Shown here one piece after another: positions 9,586 to 18,460 of a stretch of DNA of 64,000 bases (the first letter of the stretch is position 1; every line of letters begins with the position of its first letter). This stretch comes from a virus. The notes under the pieces were generated by a model. It was not told where the DNA came from. It worked only from the letters and a program-made list of their open reading frames with translations, and made no database searches. The stretch is taken from IMG/VR virus record IMGVR_UViG_3300042198_000079, positions 64,001 to 128,000 of that record, one strand, 5' to 3'. Both the position numbers and the translations under genes were made by a program.

Positions 9586-10368
9586 TTAAGAATTTTTAAT
9601 TCTAGAAAGAACATATATTATTGTGGAATCGTTTTCAACACAAAAGAACAATATAACATTTCTTTCCAAGTTTATTTTTACTAGCGTATCAATAGAAGGA
9701 AGATAATCTATGAAATTTGCATTTAATGTATACTGAAAAGGCTTTTCTGATTTTGAAGGAGTCTTAAAAGACATTTCATCTATAGATAAATCTTTGCTTT
9801 TATCTGCTACAGACCGAAAAACGCATTCGTTTTCATCGTTTGTTATTTTCAAAAAAGAATGATTAGAAAAAGATATGCATCTTTTAATTGAAGATATTTC
9901 TTCTTTGAGAATAGAAAAAGAAACATTGTAAGAATAATTTAAAATTTGATCTTTCTTAAACGGGATTCTTTTAATTTTATCATTGAGCAAATATTCGTTC
10001 ATTAATTGAATTTTGAATAAGTGCTTGTCTCCGTTATATTCCATAACTCCGTTGGAAATATTAAATTCCAACGGGGAACTTTTATCTTCTTCTTTATTCT
10101 TCTTTTTTGATTTGTTATTAGAAACGGAATCTGCTCCAAACATCAATTTGGAAATATCATTTATTCCAAAATCAAATTTTTCATTTTCTGCAACGTCTGA
10201 TTCGCATGAAATAATAGAACAAATAATATTGCTCTTGTCCCCATTATGATCTGTTATAGAATATAAACAGTCTTTTTCTACAGAGAAAATACAACTTGTA
10301 TCAAAAGGAACCAGAGATTTTAAGAATGTTTTGGTAAATGACTCAGGATTAATCTTTAATTTCATCAA
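9586..10368 (-). CDS. Probable sliding clamp (gp45-like)
   Basis: About 260 aa, two-domain alpha/beta pattern (FGINDISKL..FKIQL), in a T4-like replication cluster. Confidence 0.6.
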   Translation of the reverse strand: MMKLKINPESFTKTFLKSLVPFDTSCIFSVEKDCLYSITDHNGDKSNIICSIISCESDVAENEKFDFGINDISKLMFGADSVSNNKSKKKNKEEDKSSPLEFNISNGVMEYNGDKHLFKIQLMNEYLLNDKIKRIPFKKDQILNYSYNVSFSILKEEISSIKRCISFSNHSFLKITNDENECVFRSVADKSKDLSIDEMSFKTPSKSEKPFQYTLNANFIDYLPSIDTLVKINLERNVILFFCVENDSTIIYVLSRIKNS

Positions 10369-11152
10369 TGTTTTTTGCTAAGGTTTTTACGGATTCGCGA
10401 ACACTCTTCAAATAACCATCTTCTAATTCAATTATATTGACATCTTTTCTTCCTACAACTGCCAGAGAATGAGTTGCGATTATCATTTGAATGTTGTTGT
10501 TTTTTTGAAACTTCGCTAAAACATCCCACATTTGTAACTGTTTTGCAAGCGACAAACCCTTTTCGGGTTCATCTAATAAAAGTGTAATTCTTTTATTTTT
10601 AGGAAGTTGTTTACCGAGACTATCCATCCATTCTTTTTGGATCATTTGTTCTTTAGTTGCATTTTTCCAAAATTCTTTAGGATATCCTTCGTTTACAGTG
10701 TTTAGAATTTTATTTATTCTAGAAACGATATATTGTCCAGATGAATAATTTTCCAGTGCATTTTCAAATTTTTCATCTTCTGTTGTTATATCATCATCAA
10801 ATTTTAAATCAAGTTGATGAACTCTATTTTCAGAATGGTTATGAAAACATGGAGTCCCGTCCCATTTTACAAGAGCATCGATATCTTGAGTTTTAGTAAG
10901 CCTTCTTAAAACAAAAGGAAAATGAGCAACTTTTGTCACGCCCAAAATATTTGGGTCAACTGGTTTTGACCAACCACTATTTGGAATACATGTATATGCT
11001 TTTAACGTATCTAAAATTGTAGATTTACCGCTACCAATTTGGGCATATAAAACATTAATTCCAGACGTAAATGTAAAAGTCTTCTGGAAAAAAGAACTAC
11101 TAATTTTGGTTTCTATTGGATATCCAGAAACTATTTTTATATCGTATATCAT
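10349..11152 (-). CDS. Stand-alone ABC-type (AAA_21-like) ATPase
   Basis: Walker A AQIGSGKST, SSGQ signature, LLLDEPE Walker B, IIATHS H-loop. Confidence 0.85.
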   Translation of the reverse strand: MIYDIKIVSGYPIETKISSSFFQKTFTFTSGINVLYAQIGSGKSTILDTLKAYTCIPNSGWSKPVDPNILGVTKVAHFPFVLRRLTKTQDIDALVKWDGTPCFHNHSENRVHQLDLKFDDDITTEDEKFENALENYSSGQYIVSRINKILNTVNEGYPKEFWKNATKEQMIQKEWMDSLGKQLPKNKRITLLLDEPEKGLSLAKQLQMWDVLAKFQKNNNIQMIIATHSLAVVGRKDVNIIELEDGYLKSVRESVKTLAKNIDEIKD

Positions 11153-11769
11153 ATATTTTCGATAAAATCATCAGAATTTAACAAGTCTTCTTCGTTTAAT
11201 TTAGTATAATTAAATGTTATTTTAGATGGATCGGGTGTTTCCCAATTAAATTCATTTACTTTTGGATTAGATTTGTCCTGTTCCATGAAATCCACTATTT
11301 TTTTCAATTCTTCTAAATCTGTAATTTCATAAAGATTTATTCTATAATCATTATAGTCATGAAAAACTATATTATTATCAATAATAGAATGATTTATATT
11401 AGAAGACAGCAATTCTTGTTTAAACAGATCGCAATTTTCTTTTATTGTCTTAAATGAATTTTCGATCATTTTAGATAAATGATTAAAAATGTCTTCTACA
11501 TTATCTGTAGACAAGATTATTTGCGATTCGTTCGATTTATCTATTAAATCTATATTTTTAGAATTATCGTCAAGTTTTAAATATAAAGATTCAGTAAGAG
11601 ATATTTCCTCGTTTTTAACATAAAAAGGGTCAATTTCAGGAAGATTTGAATTTAAACCTTTATATAACCAAAATAATTCGCCCAAATCTGTATATCTAAA
11701 TTTTGTTGCCCAGAAATGAAAAAATTGTATACTATACGTTTGAGTTTTTATATATTCATCATTCGTCAT
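11149..11769 (-). CDS. Hypothetical protein
   Basis: 206-aa ORF tightly packed with its neighbours. Confidence 0.6.
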   Translation of the reverse strand: MTNDEYIKTQTYSIQFFHFWATKFRYTDLGELFWLYKGLNSNLPEIDPFYVKNEEISLTESLYLKLDDNSKNIDLIDKSNESQIILSTDNVEDIFNHLSKMIENSFKTIKENCDLFKQELLSSNINHSIIDNNIVFHDYNDYRINLYEITDLEELKKIVDFMEQDKSNPKVNEFNWETPDPSKITFNYTKLNEEDLLNSDDFIENI

Positions 11770-12334
11770 TTTTCTTTTTTCTTTCTATAGGGTATTTGGA
11801 CGAAAGTCTTTTATCTATTCTATTGCAAATAGTTTTTAATTCTTTGTTTTCTTGTTTTAATGCTATTATTTCGTTCAACATTAAAACAATAACCTCATTT
11901 ACAGACATATTGTTACCATCTTCTGGAACATTAACTGTATTTTTCTTTTTTTGAGGTTGTCTAAAATCTCCTAATTCAACTTCTTTCTCTAAAGATTTTG
12001 TAAGATTGGTTGAAAACTTTTCTCTAAGTTCATTAGGAATATTAATGAACTTTAATTCTTCTACAGGAAGTTCAATAACATTCGGATTGTGGTTTTGTGG
12101 AGGAGTAGGAGGAGTGTTATAATTAACGTGCGGAACATTAAATTGGGGTTGATACCCCCCCGGATACCCACCTTGTTGTGGGTATCCGGGTCGCATTTGC
12201 ATAGAGTTATAAAGTGAGGAACTATGTGACGAATGTTTAGCAGGAGAATCACCGTCCAAATATGAATTTTCGTGTGAACGAAGTTCAACTGCTGTTTGAA
12301 ACTTTAATTGTCTTGCTAAAATATCGTCTTCCAT
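11759..12334 (-). CDS. Hypothetical protein with Pro/Gly/Gln low-complexity middle; likely start 12334
   Basis: Track ORF 11759..12454 overlaps gp32; internal MEDDILARQ begins just after the gp32 stop. Confidence 0.55.
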   Translation of the reverse strand: MEDDILARQLKFQTAVELRSHENSYLDGDSPAKHSSHSSSLYNSMQMRPGYPQQGGYPGGYQPQFNVPHVNYNTPPTPPQNHNPNVIELPVEELKFINIPNELREKFSTNLTKSLEKEVELGDFRQPQKKKNTVNVPEDGNNMSVNEVIVLMLNEIIALKQENKELKTICNRIDKRLSSKYPIERKKKNDE

Positions 12335-12350
12335 CTTTTTTTTATCTATT

Positions 12351-13340
12351 TCACACAGAGGTTTTTCTACTTCTGGAAAGCTTTTCGAGAAGTTCGAGAT
12401 CATCGTCTTCGTCTTCTTCGACCATGCTTCTAATATTCTTTTTAGTAGGTTCATTCAAATTTTCATGATTACCCATGGGGATAAAATCGTCATCACCGTC
12501 ATTAACAATTTTATTATTATTGAAATTAAAAATCTTTTTATTGCTAGAAAGACTATTAACAATGTCGGTCAAATGAAGATTAATCGTATTGTTAATCTCT
12601 TCCTCAGATTTAACTTGAGGAACATATTTAGTGAGATCGTAAACCTTATGGTATGGTTCTTTCCAATCTTCCAAACCTTTAATTCGTTTTTGCATACTTT
12701 CAAAACCACATCCAGAAGGATCATAGCTAATATAATCTCCCTTGCTGGTAATCTTAATCTTATAAGAAATGCCCTTTTCGCTCAAATCAAAAAGAACATT
12801 GCCCAATTTATCGGTATTGGAATCGCCCTTGTAGTTTTTCATGAACTGAGCATAAATAAGAGAAGTAATTTCTCTAGTTTGCCAGTTTCTATTAGCAGGA
12901 AGTCTCAAAACTCTATTTTGATTATACTCTTCCTTGAATTTTTCAACTTTCTCATTTTTATGAGAAATGGTAAACCAATTGAAAACAACCTTCGGAATCA
13001 CTTTAATAAAGTTTCTGGCTTCTTTAAAGTGTTCATCTTTAGTTTCCACATACTTATTCCAAAGCTTTTGTCTAAGATCAATAATAGGATCTGAAAGCTT
13101 TTTGCTCTTTCTCAAAAGACCACAATCGATAAAACTACCGTTAGATTGAGATTGAATTCCGCATTGCGTATATTCAATCCAAGGATTGGATCGGTCATTC
13201 ACATTAGGAAGAAATCTTCCAATGATAATATCTCCTGTTTGGAATTTGATAATTTCTGGATTGGTATTTTCTTTTTGCTCGGTATCGAGAGTAACTCCAG
13301 TCAATTCTTCGCCACCAAGCAATTCTTCAATTGTATTCAT
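12351..13340 (-). CDS. Single-stranded DNA-binding protein (gp32-like)
   Basis: RFLPN, DPIIDLRQKLWN, FDLSEKG..KIKI..KGDYISYD, acidic C-terminal tail, replication context. Confidence 0.85.
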   Translation of the reverse strand: MNTIEELLGGEELTGVTLDTEQKENTNPEIIKFQTGDIIIGRFLPNVNDRSNPWIEYTQCGIQSQSNGSFIDCGLLRKSKKLSDPIIDLRQKLWNKYVETKDEHFKEARNFIKVIPKVVFNWFTISHKNEKVEKFKEEYNQNRVLRLPANRNWQTREITSLIYAQFMKNYKGDSNTDKLGNVLFDLSEKGISYKIKITSKGDYISYDPSGCGFESMQKRIKGLEDWKEPYHKVYDLTKYVPQVKSEEEINNTINLHLTDIVNSLSSNKKIFNFNNNKIVNDGDDDFIPMGNHENLNEPTKKNIRSMVEEDEDDDLELLEKLSRSRKTSV

Positions 13341-13460
13341 ATGTTTTATTAATTTAAGTTTAGTTTAAGTTTAGTTTAAGTTTATTTGTTTTTGTGTTTT
13401 GTTTTAGTATTCTTGTTTTGAATACTAAAGATAGTTACATCATTTTCCATTCAGTGTCAA
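13341..13460 (-). promoter_or_regulatory. gp32 promoter, 5' hairpin and G-free repetitive leader (candidate autogenous operator)
   Basis: TTGACA at 13455-13460; 10-bp hairpin 13403-13429; about 3 copies of an 11-nt unit CTAAACTTAAA at 13353-13385. Confidence 0.65.
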
Positions 13461-13798
13461 CCTTTAACGACCTCTATTCTATGAAATCCTCCAAAAATGT
13501 GATTAGAAACAGCAAGAACGACTTCTCCGTCATTTAATATTTTGAAAGTTCCGGTTTCTAAATTTGGATTCCATTCGTGTTGATCTCCTATAATGTAATC
13601 TTTTTCGTATGTTTCTCCTCCATCTGAGGTATCTTCGTATCCATCAAATACAACTCCAGATTTTAAAAACAATCTATACGAATATTTTCTTGGTTTATTT
13701 TTTAAAGGCTTTTTAGAATTTAAAGAATCGTCACTAATTTCCATAGAATATATTGTAACACGATGTAATATCAATGTCAACAATGTTGTTTGAGCCAC
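13457..13798 (-). CDS. Hypothetical protein
   Basis: ORF in operon; true start may be the internal MEIS. Confidence 0.55.
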   Translation of the reverse strand: MAQTTLLTLILHRVTIYSMEISDDSLNSKKPLKNKPRKYSYRLFLKSGVVFDGYEDTSDGGETYEKDYIIGDQHEWNPNLETGTFKILNDGEVVLAVSNHIFGGFHRIEVVKG

Positions 13799-14280
13799 TG
13801 AGCAAGTTCGTCTTTGGATAAAGATATATAAGGAATTATTTGATCATCATTCATGTCAATCAAGCTAATAGATCCATTAGGATGATGTTTGATATATCCA
13901 ATAGGCAATATCAAATTATATATCCATTCCAACATAATTGAAGAATGAGTAGACATAACAAAAGGAAATTGTTTATATTCTATATAATTCCTCTTACAAT
14001 AATCTTTTACCAATAAATCATATTTTGCATAATCTTTATTAGTTTTCCACCAATTTATTTTATTTTCTGTAAAATTTTCTATTGCTTCTGATGTCAAAAA
14101 CCAATTTAAAGGTTTACTGGTTTTTGTTTTAAAAAACAAATTATTAAAAAATCTAGGTTTTAAATATAAAAAAGAAAATAAAACATCTAAATCATGCGGA
14201 TCGTATTTCGGATTTTCTTCTCCTTGTTCTTTTTTTGGGTTGTTCGTCATCCACATTTCTAATATTTCCTGTTTTTTCAT
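13777..14280 (-). CDS. Hypothetical protein
   Basis: 167-aa ORF between helicase and gp32. Confidence 0.55.
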   Translation of the reverse strand: MKKQEILEMWMTNNPKKEQGEENPKYDPHDLDVLFSFLYLKPRFFNNLFFKTKTSKPLNWFLTSEAIENFTENKINWWKTNKDYAKYDLLVKDYCKRNYIEYKQFPFVMSTHSSIMLEWIYNLILPIGYIKHHPNGSISLIDMNDDQIIPYISLSKDELAQWLKQHC

Positions 14281-14521
14281 TGTTGTATTTTTTAGATTTA
14301 GATGCGGTTGGATATTGATATGAATAAAATTCTATAAATGAATATTTTGTAATCTCTAAATATTTTTCTAAAAGAAGCATAATATTTTTGTTTTTTATAA
14401 CTTCTAATATAAAAGTAGTAGAACTATATATTTTATTATTTAATAAAGATATTAAAGTAGTTACTTTTTTAAAACCAGATAAAATTTCATTATAATCTAT
14501 TTCATCATATTCATTTTGCAT
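14192..14521 (-). CDS. Hypothetical protein
   Basis: 109-aa ORF directly downstream of the helicase. Confidence 0.5.
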   Translation of the reverse strand: MQNEYDEIDYNEILSGFKKVTTLISLLNNKIYSSTTFILEVIKNKNIMLLLEKYLEITKYSFIEFYSYQYPTASKSKKYNNEKTGNIRNVDDEQPKKRTRRRKSEIRSA

Positions 14522-14530
14522 TAATAATAA

Positions 14531-16969
14531 TTAACCCTGTATAGTATCGAAATCAAAATTAAAATTTGACGAAGAAACAGAATTAATCATATTTTCCATT
14601 TCGGAATTAAAGTCTGTCATTTTCATATTTCTATAATCTATAGATAGTTTACCTCCTTGACCTTTAACACTGAAACGAGATTTCACAACTCTATAATTAA
14701 TCCAAGAACCCTCTTTTGCATTTTGATCTTGCCAAAAGTTTATTTGTGCATCTGCCGTTTGCGGAATTCCTTGAGATTCCAAAGTAGCAGACATATCAGG
14801 ATCTTCTTGTTTTAAAGAATTTTTAATATCTAATTGTGTCGGAGACAATATAGGACATTCCCAAATATACGAAAGACTTCTGACGTTAGCAGCAAGATCT
14901 TTTTGATCTTTATACATGTTATAACCTTTGCTTTGATTTCCTGAATTTGGAATCATTAAAGAATGCATATCCAAAATAATAATATCTGGAACAAATCCGT
15001 CTACTCTTTTAAGCTGCTTTAAAAAAGATGAATATTGTCTAGGTGTAATTTCATTAGCAGGAAATTGTTTTATATTCAATCTTCCTTTTTCCAAAGAAGA
15101 TTTTAATGTTTCAATTTCTTTTCTCAATTCGTCGCTCTTATAATGTAAATTAGACAGTTCGATTCCGGTTATAATAGAAGAAACTCGTTTTGCCCAATTT
15201 TTTTCACTTAATTCAAATGTAGCAACTTGCACTTTTTTGTTTTGTTTTAAACAATTAGTTGCAAGGTTTGCCATTGTTAAAGAATTGTGCGTAACAATAT
15301 AGTTTGTTGTTAAATACAAATTATCTTTTGCATTTACTGTTATGCACATCGATTCTTCGTCTGCGGTTTTTTTAATAGAAATTACAAAATTATCTCCAAA
15401 TTTTTCAATTACATAATCATTCTTTAATTCTTCGTATATTTTTTTAGAAACTAATATTTCTAAATATGTTTTAGATGCAGAATACAACTTACAAGAACAT
15501 CCTAATGACCATATGATTTTTTGTATTTGTTTAAACAACCAATCATGATTCCATTTTAAATCAAATAAATTTTTATTAATACAAAAAATTAAGTTTTTTG
15601 TATTTTCTTTTAAAAAGAGATCATCTTTGGTATCTAAAATGCCCTTCAAAAGATTAATTTTATCGACTGCTGTATAGTCAATGCATTCAACAGGAACATA
15701 TTTGCTGTAAATTTTGTTATTTTCGACAAATATTTTCTTAAATTTGTCTAGATAAAAATCGTTTTTATCTTCGCTATCGGACAAAACATAATGATCCTCT
15801 TTATATTCTTTTAAATTATAAACAGTTTTATTTTCAGGAGGAAGTATTGTATTTAAATAATATTTGTCTTGAAAAATTCCGTTTATTTGAGAAACGATGT
15901 TTTTATCTTTTAAGTGAAAAACTATTTTATCGTCGAGAATAGCTCCAGATGTTAAAAAACACCCAAGAACATAAGGAGGTATTTCTGGTTTAGAATATGT
16001 AAAAATAGGAGAAGAACAAGGTATTTTTATTAAATCTTTGCTAGAATTAAACTTATGAAGAATATTCAAAGTAGTAAGGGTTTCGTAAATTTCCAAATCT
16101 TTATTCCAAACATTCCACAAATGATCTTTACATGCTTTTACTTTTCTTCCGTCCCAAAACGTAATTTCATACGTTTCAACAATTCCTTGAGGATGAACAT
16201 GTGTAATTGTGACAGGCGAACCATCCGAACCAAAAACACAATCTCCCGGTTGCAAACTTCCAAAAGCAACAATTCCTTTATATGGAGTTGGGGTTTGTGT
16301 ATATAATGGTTGTGCTTTACCTATATTGACGGTTCCGCCAAATACATAGAAAGATACGTCACTAGAACAAAACCCCCCTCCAAGTGCCTTGTCTAAGCTT
16401 GGAAATCCAGAGCTAATAAAATTATCAACTCTTTTTAATTCATCAATGTGTTTTTCTATATTTTCCAGATAAAAAAAGCCTGTATCTTCTTTTAAGGAAA
16501 TGCCGAATACTCGGTCCATTTCTTTTTGTATTTGATGTGTATCATAAACCCCATTGGATGTTTTTAATTCAATTTGTTTATCTAAAATCTTTTGAATACT
16601 TCTTTGTTTTATGTAAACTTCTAGATTTTTTAATAATTCGTCGAAATTAAAAATTTCTCCTTTTGGAATCTTTTTTAATTCTGCTAAGGTTTTAGCTAAA
16701 AACGCATCTTCGTCTTCATTGTTTAATTTTAAAACAATTTCAGAAGCAGTTGGAAAATTATCATAACTTTCATAATAACTTTTAATTATAGAAAAAATAG
16801 GACGGAAAAAAGAATTAGTCCGCCCTATCATTTCTGGAGTAAGATAATTAATCGCAACATTAGAAAATCTTTCCTTTTTTCTCAAAAGGAAATGATACAT
16901 CATTACTGTTTCAAATTTATCTAAGTTAAGTGTATTATTCGTCGTTGTCATCTGGTAATTCGAAATCAA
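14531..16969 (-). CDS. Replicative helicase (gp41/DnaB-like) containing an intein
   Basis: ISSGFPSLDKALGGG, P-loop GGTVNIGK|S split by the intein, TFELSE, IKQFP, SPTQ, ADAQ, KSRF. Confidence 0.93.
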   Translation of the reverse strand: MISNYQMTTTNNTLNLDKFETVMMYHFLLRKKERFSNVAINYLTPEMIGRTNSFFRPIFSIIKSYYESYDNFPTASEIVLKLNNEDEDAFLAKTLAELKKIPKGEIFNFDELLKNLEVYIKQRSIQKILDKQIELKTSNGVYDTHQIQKEMDRVFGISLKEDTGFFYLENIEKHIDELKRVDNFISSGFPSLDKALGGGFCSSDVSFYVFGGTVNIGKAQPLYTQTPTPYKGIVAFGSLQPGDCVFGSDGSPVTITHVHPQGIVETYEITFWDGRKVKACKDHLWNVWNKDLEIYETLTTLNILHKFNSSKDLIKIPCSSPIFTYSKPEIPPYVLGCFLTSGAILDDKIVFHLKDKNIVSQINGIFQDKYYLNTILPPENKTVYNLKEYKEDHYVLSDSEDKNDFYLDKFKKIFVENNKIYSKYVPVECIDYTAVDKINLLKGILDTKDDLFLKENTKNLIFCINKNLFDLKWNHDWLFKQIQKIIWSLGCSCKLYSASKTYLEILVSKKIYEELKNDYVIEKFGDNFVISIKKTADEESMCITVNAKDNLYLTTNYIVTHNSLTMANLATNCLKQNKKVQVATFELSEKNWAKRVSSIITGIELSNLHYKSDELRKEIETLKSSLEKGRLNIKQFPANEITPRQYSSFLKQLKRVDGFVPDIIILDMHSLMIPNSGNQSKGYNMYKDQKDLAANVRSLSYIWECPILSPTQLDIKNSLKQEDPDMSATLESQGIPQTADAQINFWQDQNAKEGSWINYRVVKSRFSVKGQGGKLSIDYRNMKMTDFNSEMENMINSVSSSNFNFDFDTIQG
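15284..16315 (-). mobile_element. Ala-initiated (class 3-type) intein, 344 aa, with degenerate LAGLIDADG region
   Basis: Starts AQPL after GK and ends VTHN/S. Block B KACKDHLW, block F SMCITV; endonuclease-like PYVLGCFLTSG and LLKGILDTKD. Confidence 0.88.
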
Positions 16970-18029
16970 CTTTAGTAGAGTCTACATCATAGATTCCATT
17001 TTGTCCATTGCCACCAATGGAATAATTCGAATAACACCAAGATCGAAATTCTTCATTTTCTAATAAAGAAAGCAAAACATTTTTTGGAATATTAGAAGAA
17101 GTGTAATACTTATCATTATAACCAACCCAAGTTTTTCTTCCATCCAGACCCAATTCCTTACATTTATTTTTTTCTATTTTTTTGAGGAAATTTGAATGGG
17201 TTCCCAGTTCCAGTAATCCAGAACAAGTATCAATACCTTCTTTTTCATGAATATTAATTGATACTTGTAAGTTTTGTTTTACGAAACGCGATTTGATTGC
17301 AGTTATACAAAATGTTTGTCCAACAACACTATCTCCATCTTTTAATTTTTTACTAGAAGTAAAAAGTATAGTATCGGATGCCAAATATAATTTCTTACCT
17401 CCTGCGATCACTTTTTTACTAAACATTTCTTGAGTATCATAATAGTGATTAATTAATAGACAAGGAATGCCCCGTGCCTTTAGTCTAGGGGTCATAACTC
17501 TGGCAAAAGAATTTAATTTTTTTGCTCTGGTCATATCGGTTTTGTCTTCTCCTGCCAAAAGATCATCTGCTTCTTTTTTACTAGAAGCCATACCAATAGA
17601 ATCGACAATGATTAAAACTTTATCGTCTAAAGTAGCAGGATAAATGTCATTCATCATCCCATGAGTCAAATCTTCGATACCTTCAAAAGATTTATATGCA
17701 ACATCTTCATCTTTTAATCCAAAATTCTTAAAATATTCTGGTGTTGCTCCATGTTCATTTGAATAAAACAATATAACAGGATTTTCCTTTTCGTGTTTTT
17801 TTACAAATGAACTTGCAATTTCTAAACAATATGAAGTTTTAAAAGTAGAACTGTCTCCGACAAATTGAATAATTCCCGGTCTGATTCCCCCGTTTTTAGG
17901 ATCACCTCCTAAAATAAGATTCAAAGCAGGAATTCTTGTAGGAACTGGTTCTACGTGAAGAATTTCACATTCGGATACTTTAGAGAAGCCCGGTTTTTTA
18001 AATATTGTATCTTTAAAAATTGTTGTCAT
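16935..18029 (-). CDS. uvsX: RecA-like recombinase UvsX
   Basis: TRIPALNLILGG, GDSSTFKT, IIVDSIGMASSKKE, DMTRAK, INHYY, GGKKLYLASD, KSRFVK. Confidence 0.92.
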   Translation of the reverse strand: MTTIFKDTIFKKPGFSKVSECEILHVEPVPTRIPALNLILGGDPKNGGIRPGIIQFVGDSSTFKTSYCLEIASSFVKKHEKENPVILFYSNEHGATPEYFKNFGLKDEDVAYKSFEGIEDLTHGMMNDIYPATLDDKVLIIVDSIGMASSKKEADDLLAGEDKTDMTRAKKLNSFARVMTPRLKARGIPCLLINHYYDTQEMFSKKVIAGGKKLYLASDTILFTSSKKLKDGDSVVGQTFCITAIKSRFVKQNLQVSINIHEKEGIDTCSGLLELGTHSNFLKKIEKNKCKELGLDGRKTWVGYNDKYYTSSNIPKNVLLSLLENEEFRSWCYSNYSIGGNGQNGIYDVDSTKVDFELPDDNDE

Positions 18030-18032
18030 AAT

Positions 18033-18428
18033 TTATTCAAATAATCTAGGAATAGTAATTTCTTCAGATTGTGTGTTGGAAACTAAATTAGAAGGAGGAA
18101 CTTCTATCAATCCACAACGAAGCAAATACACTTGTTTAAAAGTGTGATTTTCTGAAGTAACTTCCTTGTCTAAATCAAATGGTAAATCGGAATGTAATAA
18201 ATTTGATTTATTAAATGAAAACGGTTCATTTTCCTTTTTCATAAATTCTGTAAAAACAACAGGAAAAGGTTCATAAAACAATGATTGATTGTTTGGACCA
18301 GTTCTCAAAATAATTTTATGTAAATGTGTCAAAGAAACATTGTTTTTTGTTTCGGAATCTAAAATCCCAATAAAAACGGTTCCTTCGTTTGTTACTACCA
18401 CTCTAACGTCATGTTCGGTCTTATCCAT
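18033..18428 (-). CDS. Hypothetical protein
   Basis: 131-aa ORF with TTGATA(18459-18464)-17-TATAAT(18436-18441), 7 nt before ATG. Confidence 0.65.
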   Translation of the reverse strand: MDKTEHDVRVVVTNEGTVFIGILDSETKNNVSLTHLHKIILRTGPNNQSLFYEPFPVVFTEFMKKENEPFSFNKSNLLHSDLPFDLDKEVTSENHTFKQVYLLRCGLIEVPPSNLVSNTQSEEITIPRLFE

Positions 18429-18460
18429 ATATCTTATTATACACTACTTTAAAATCGATA

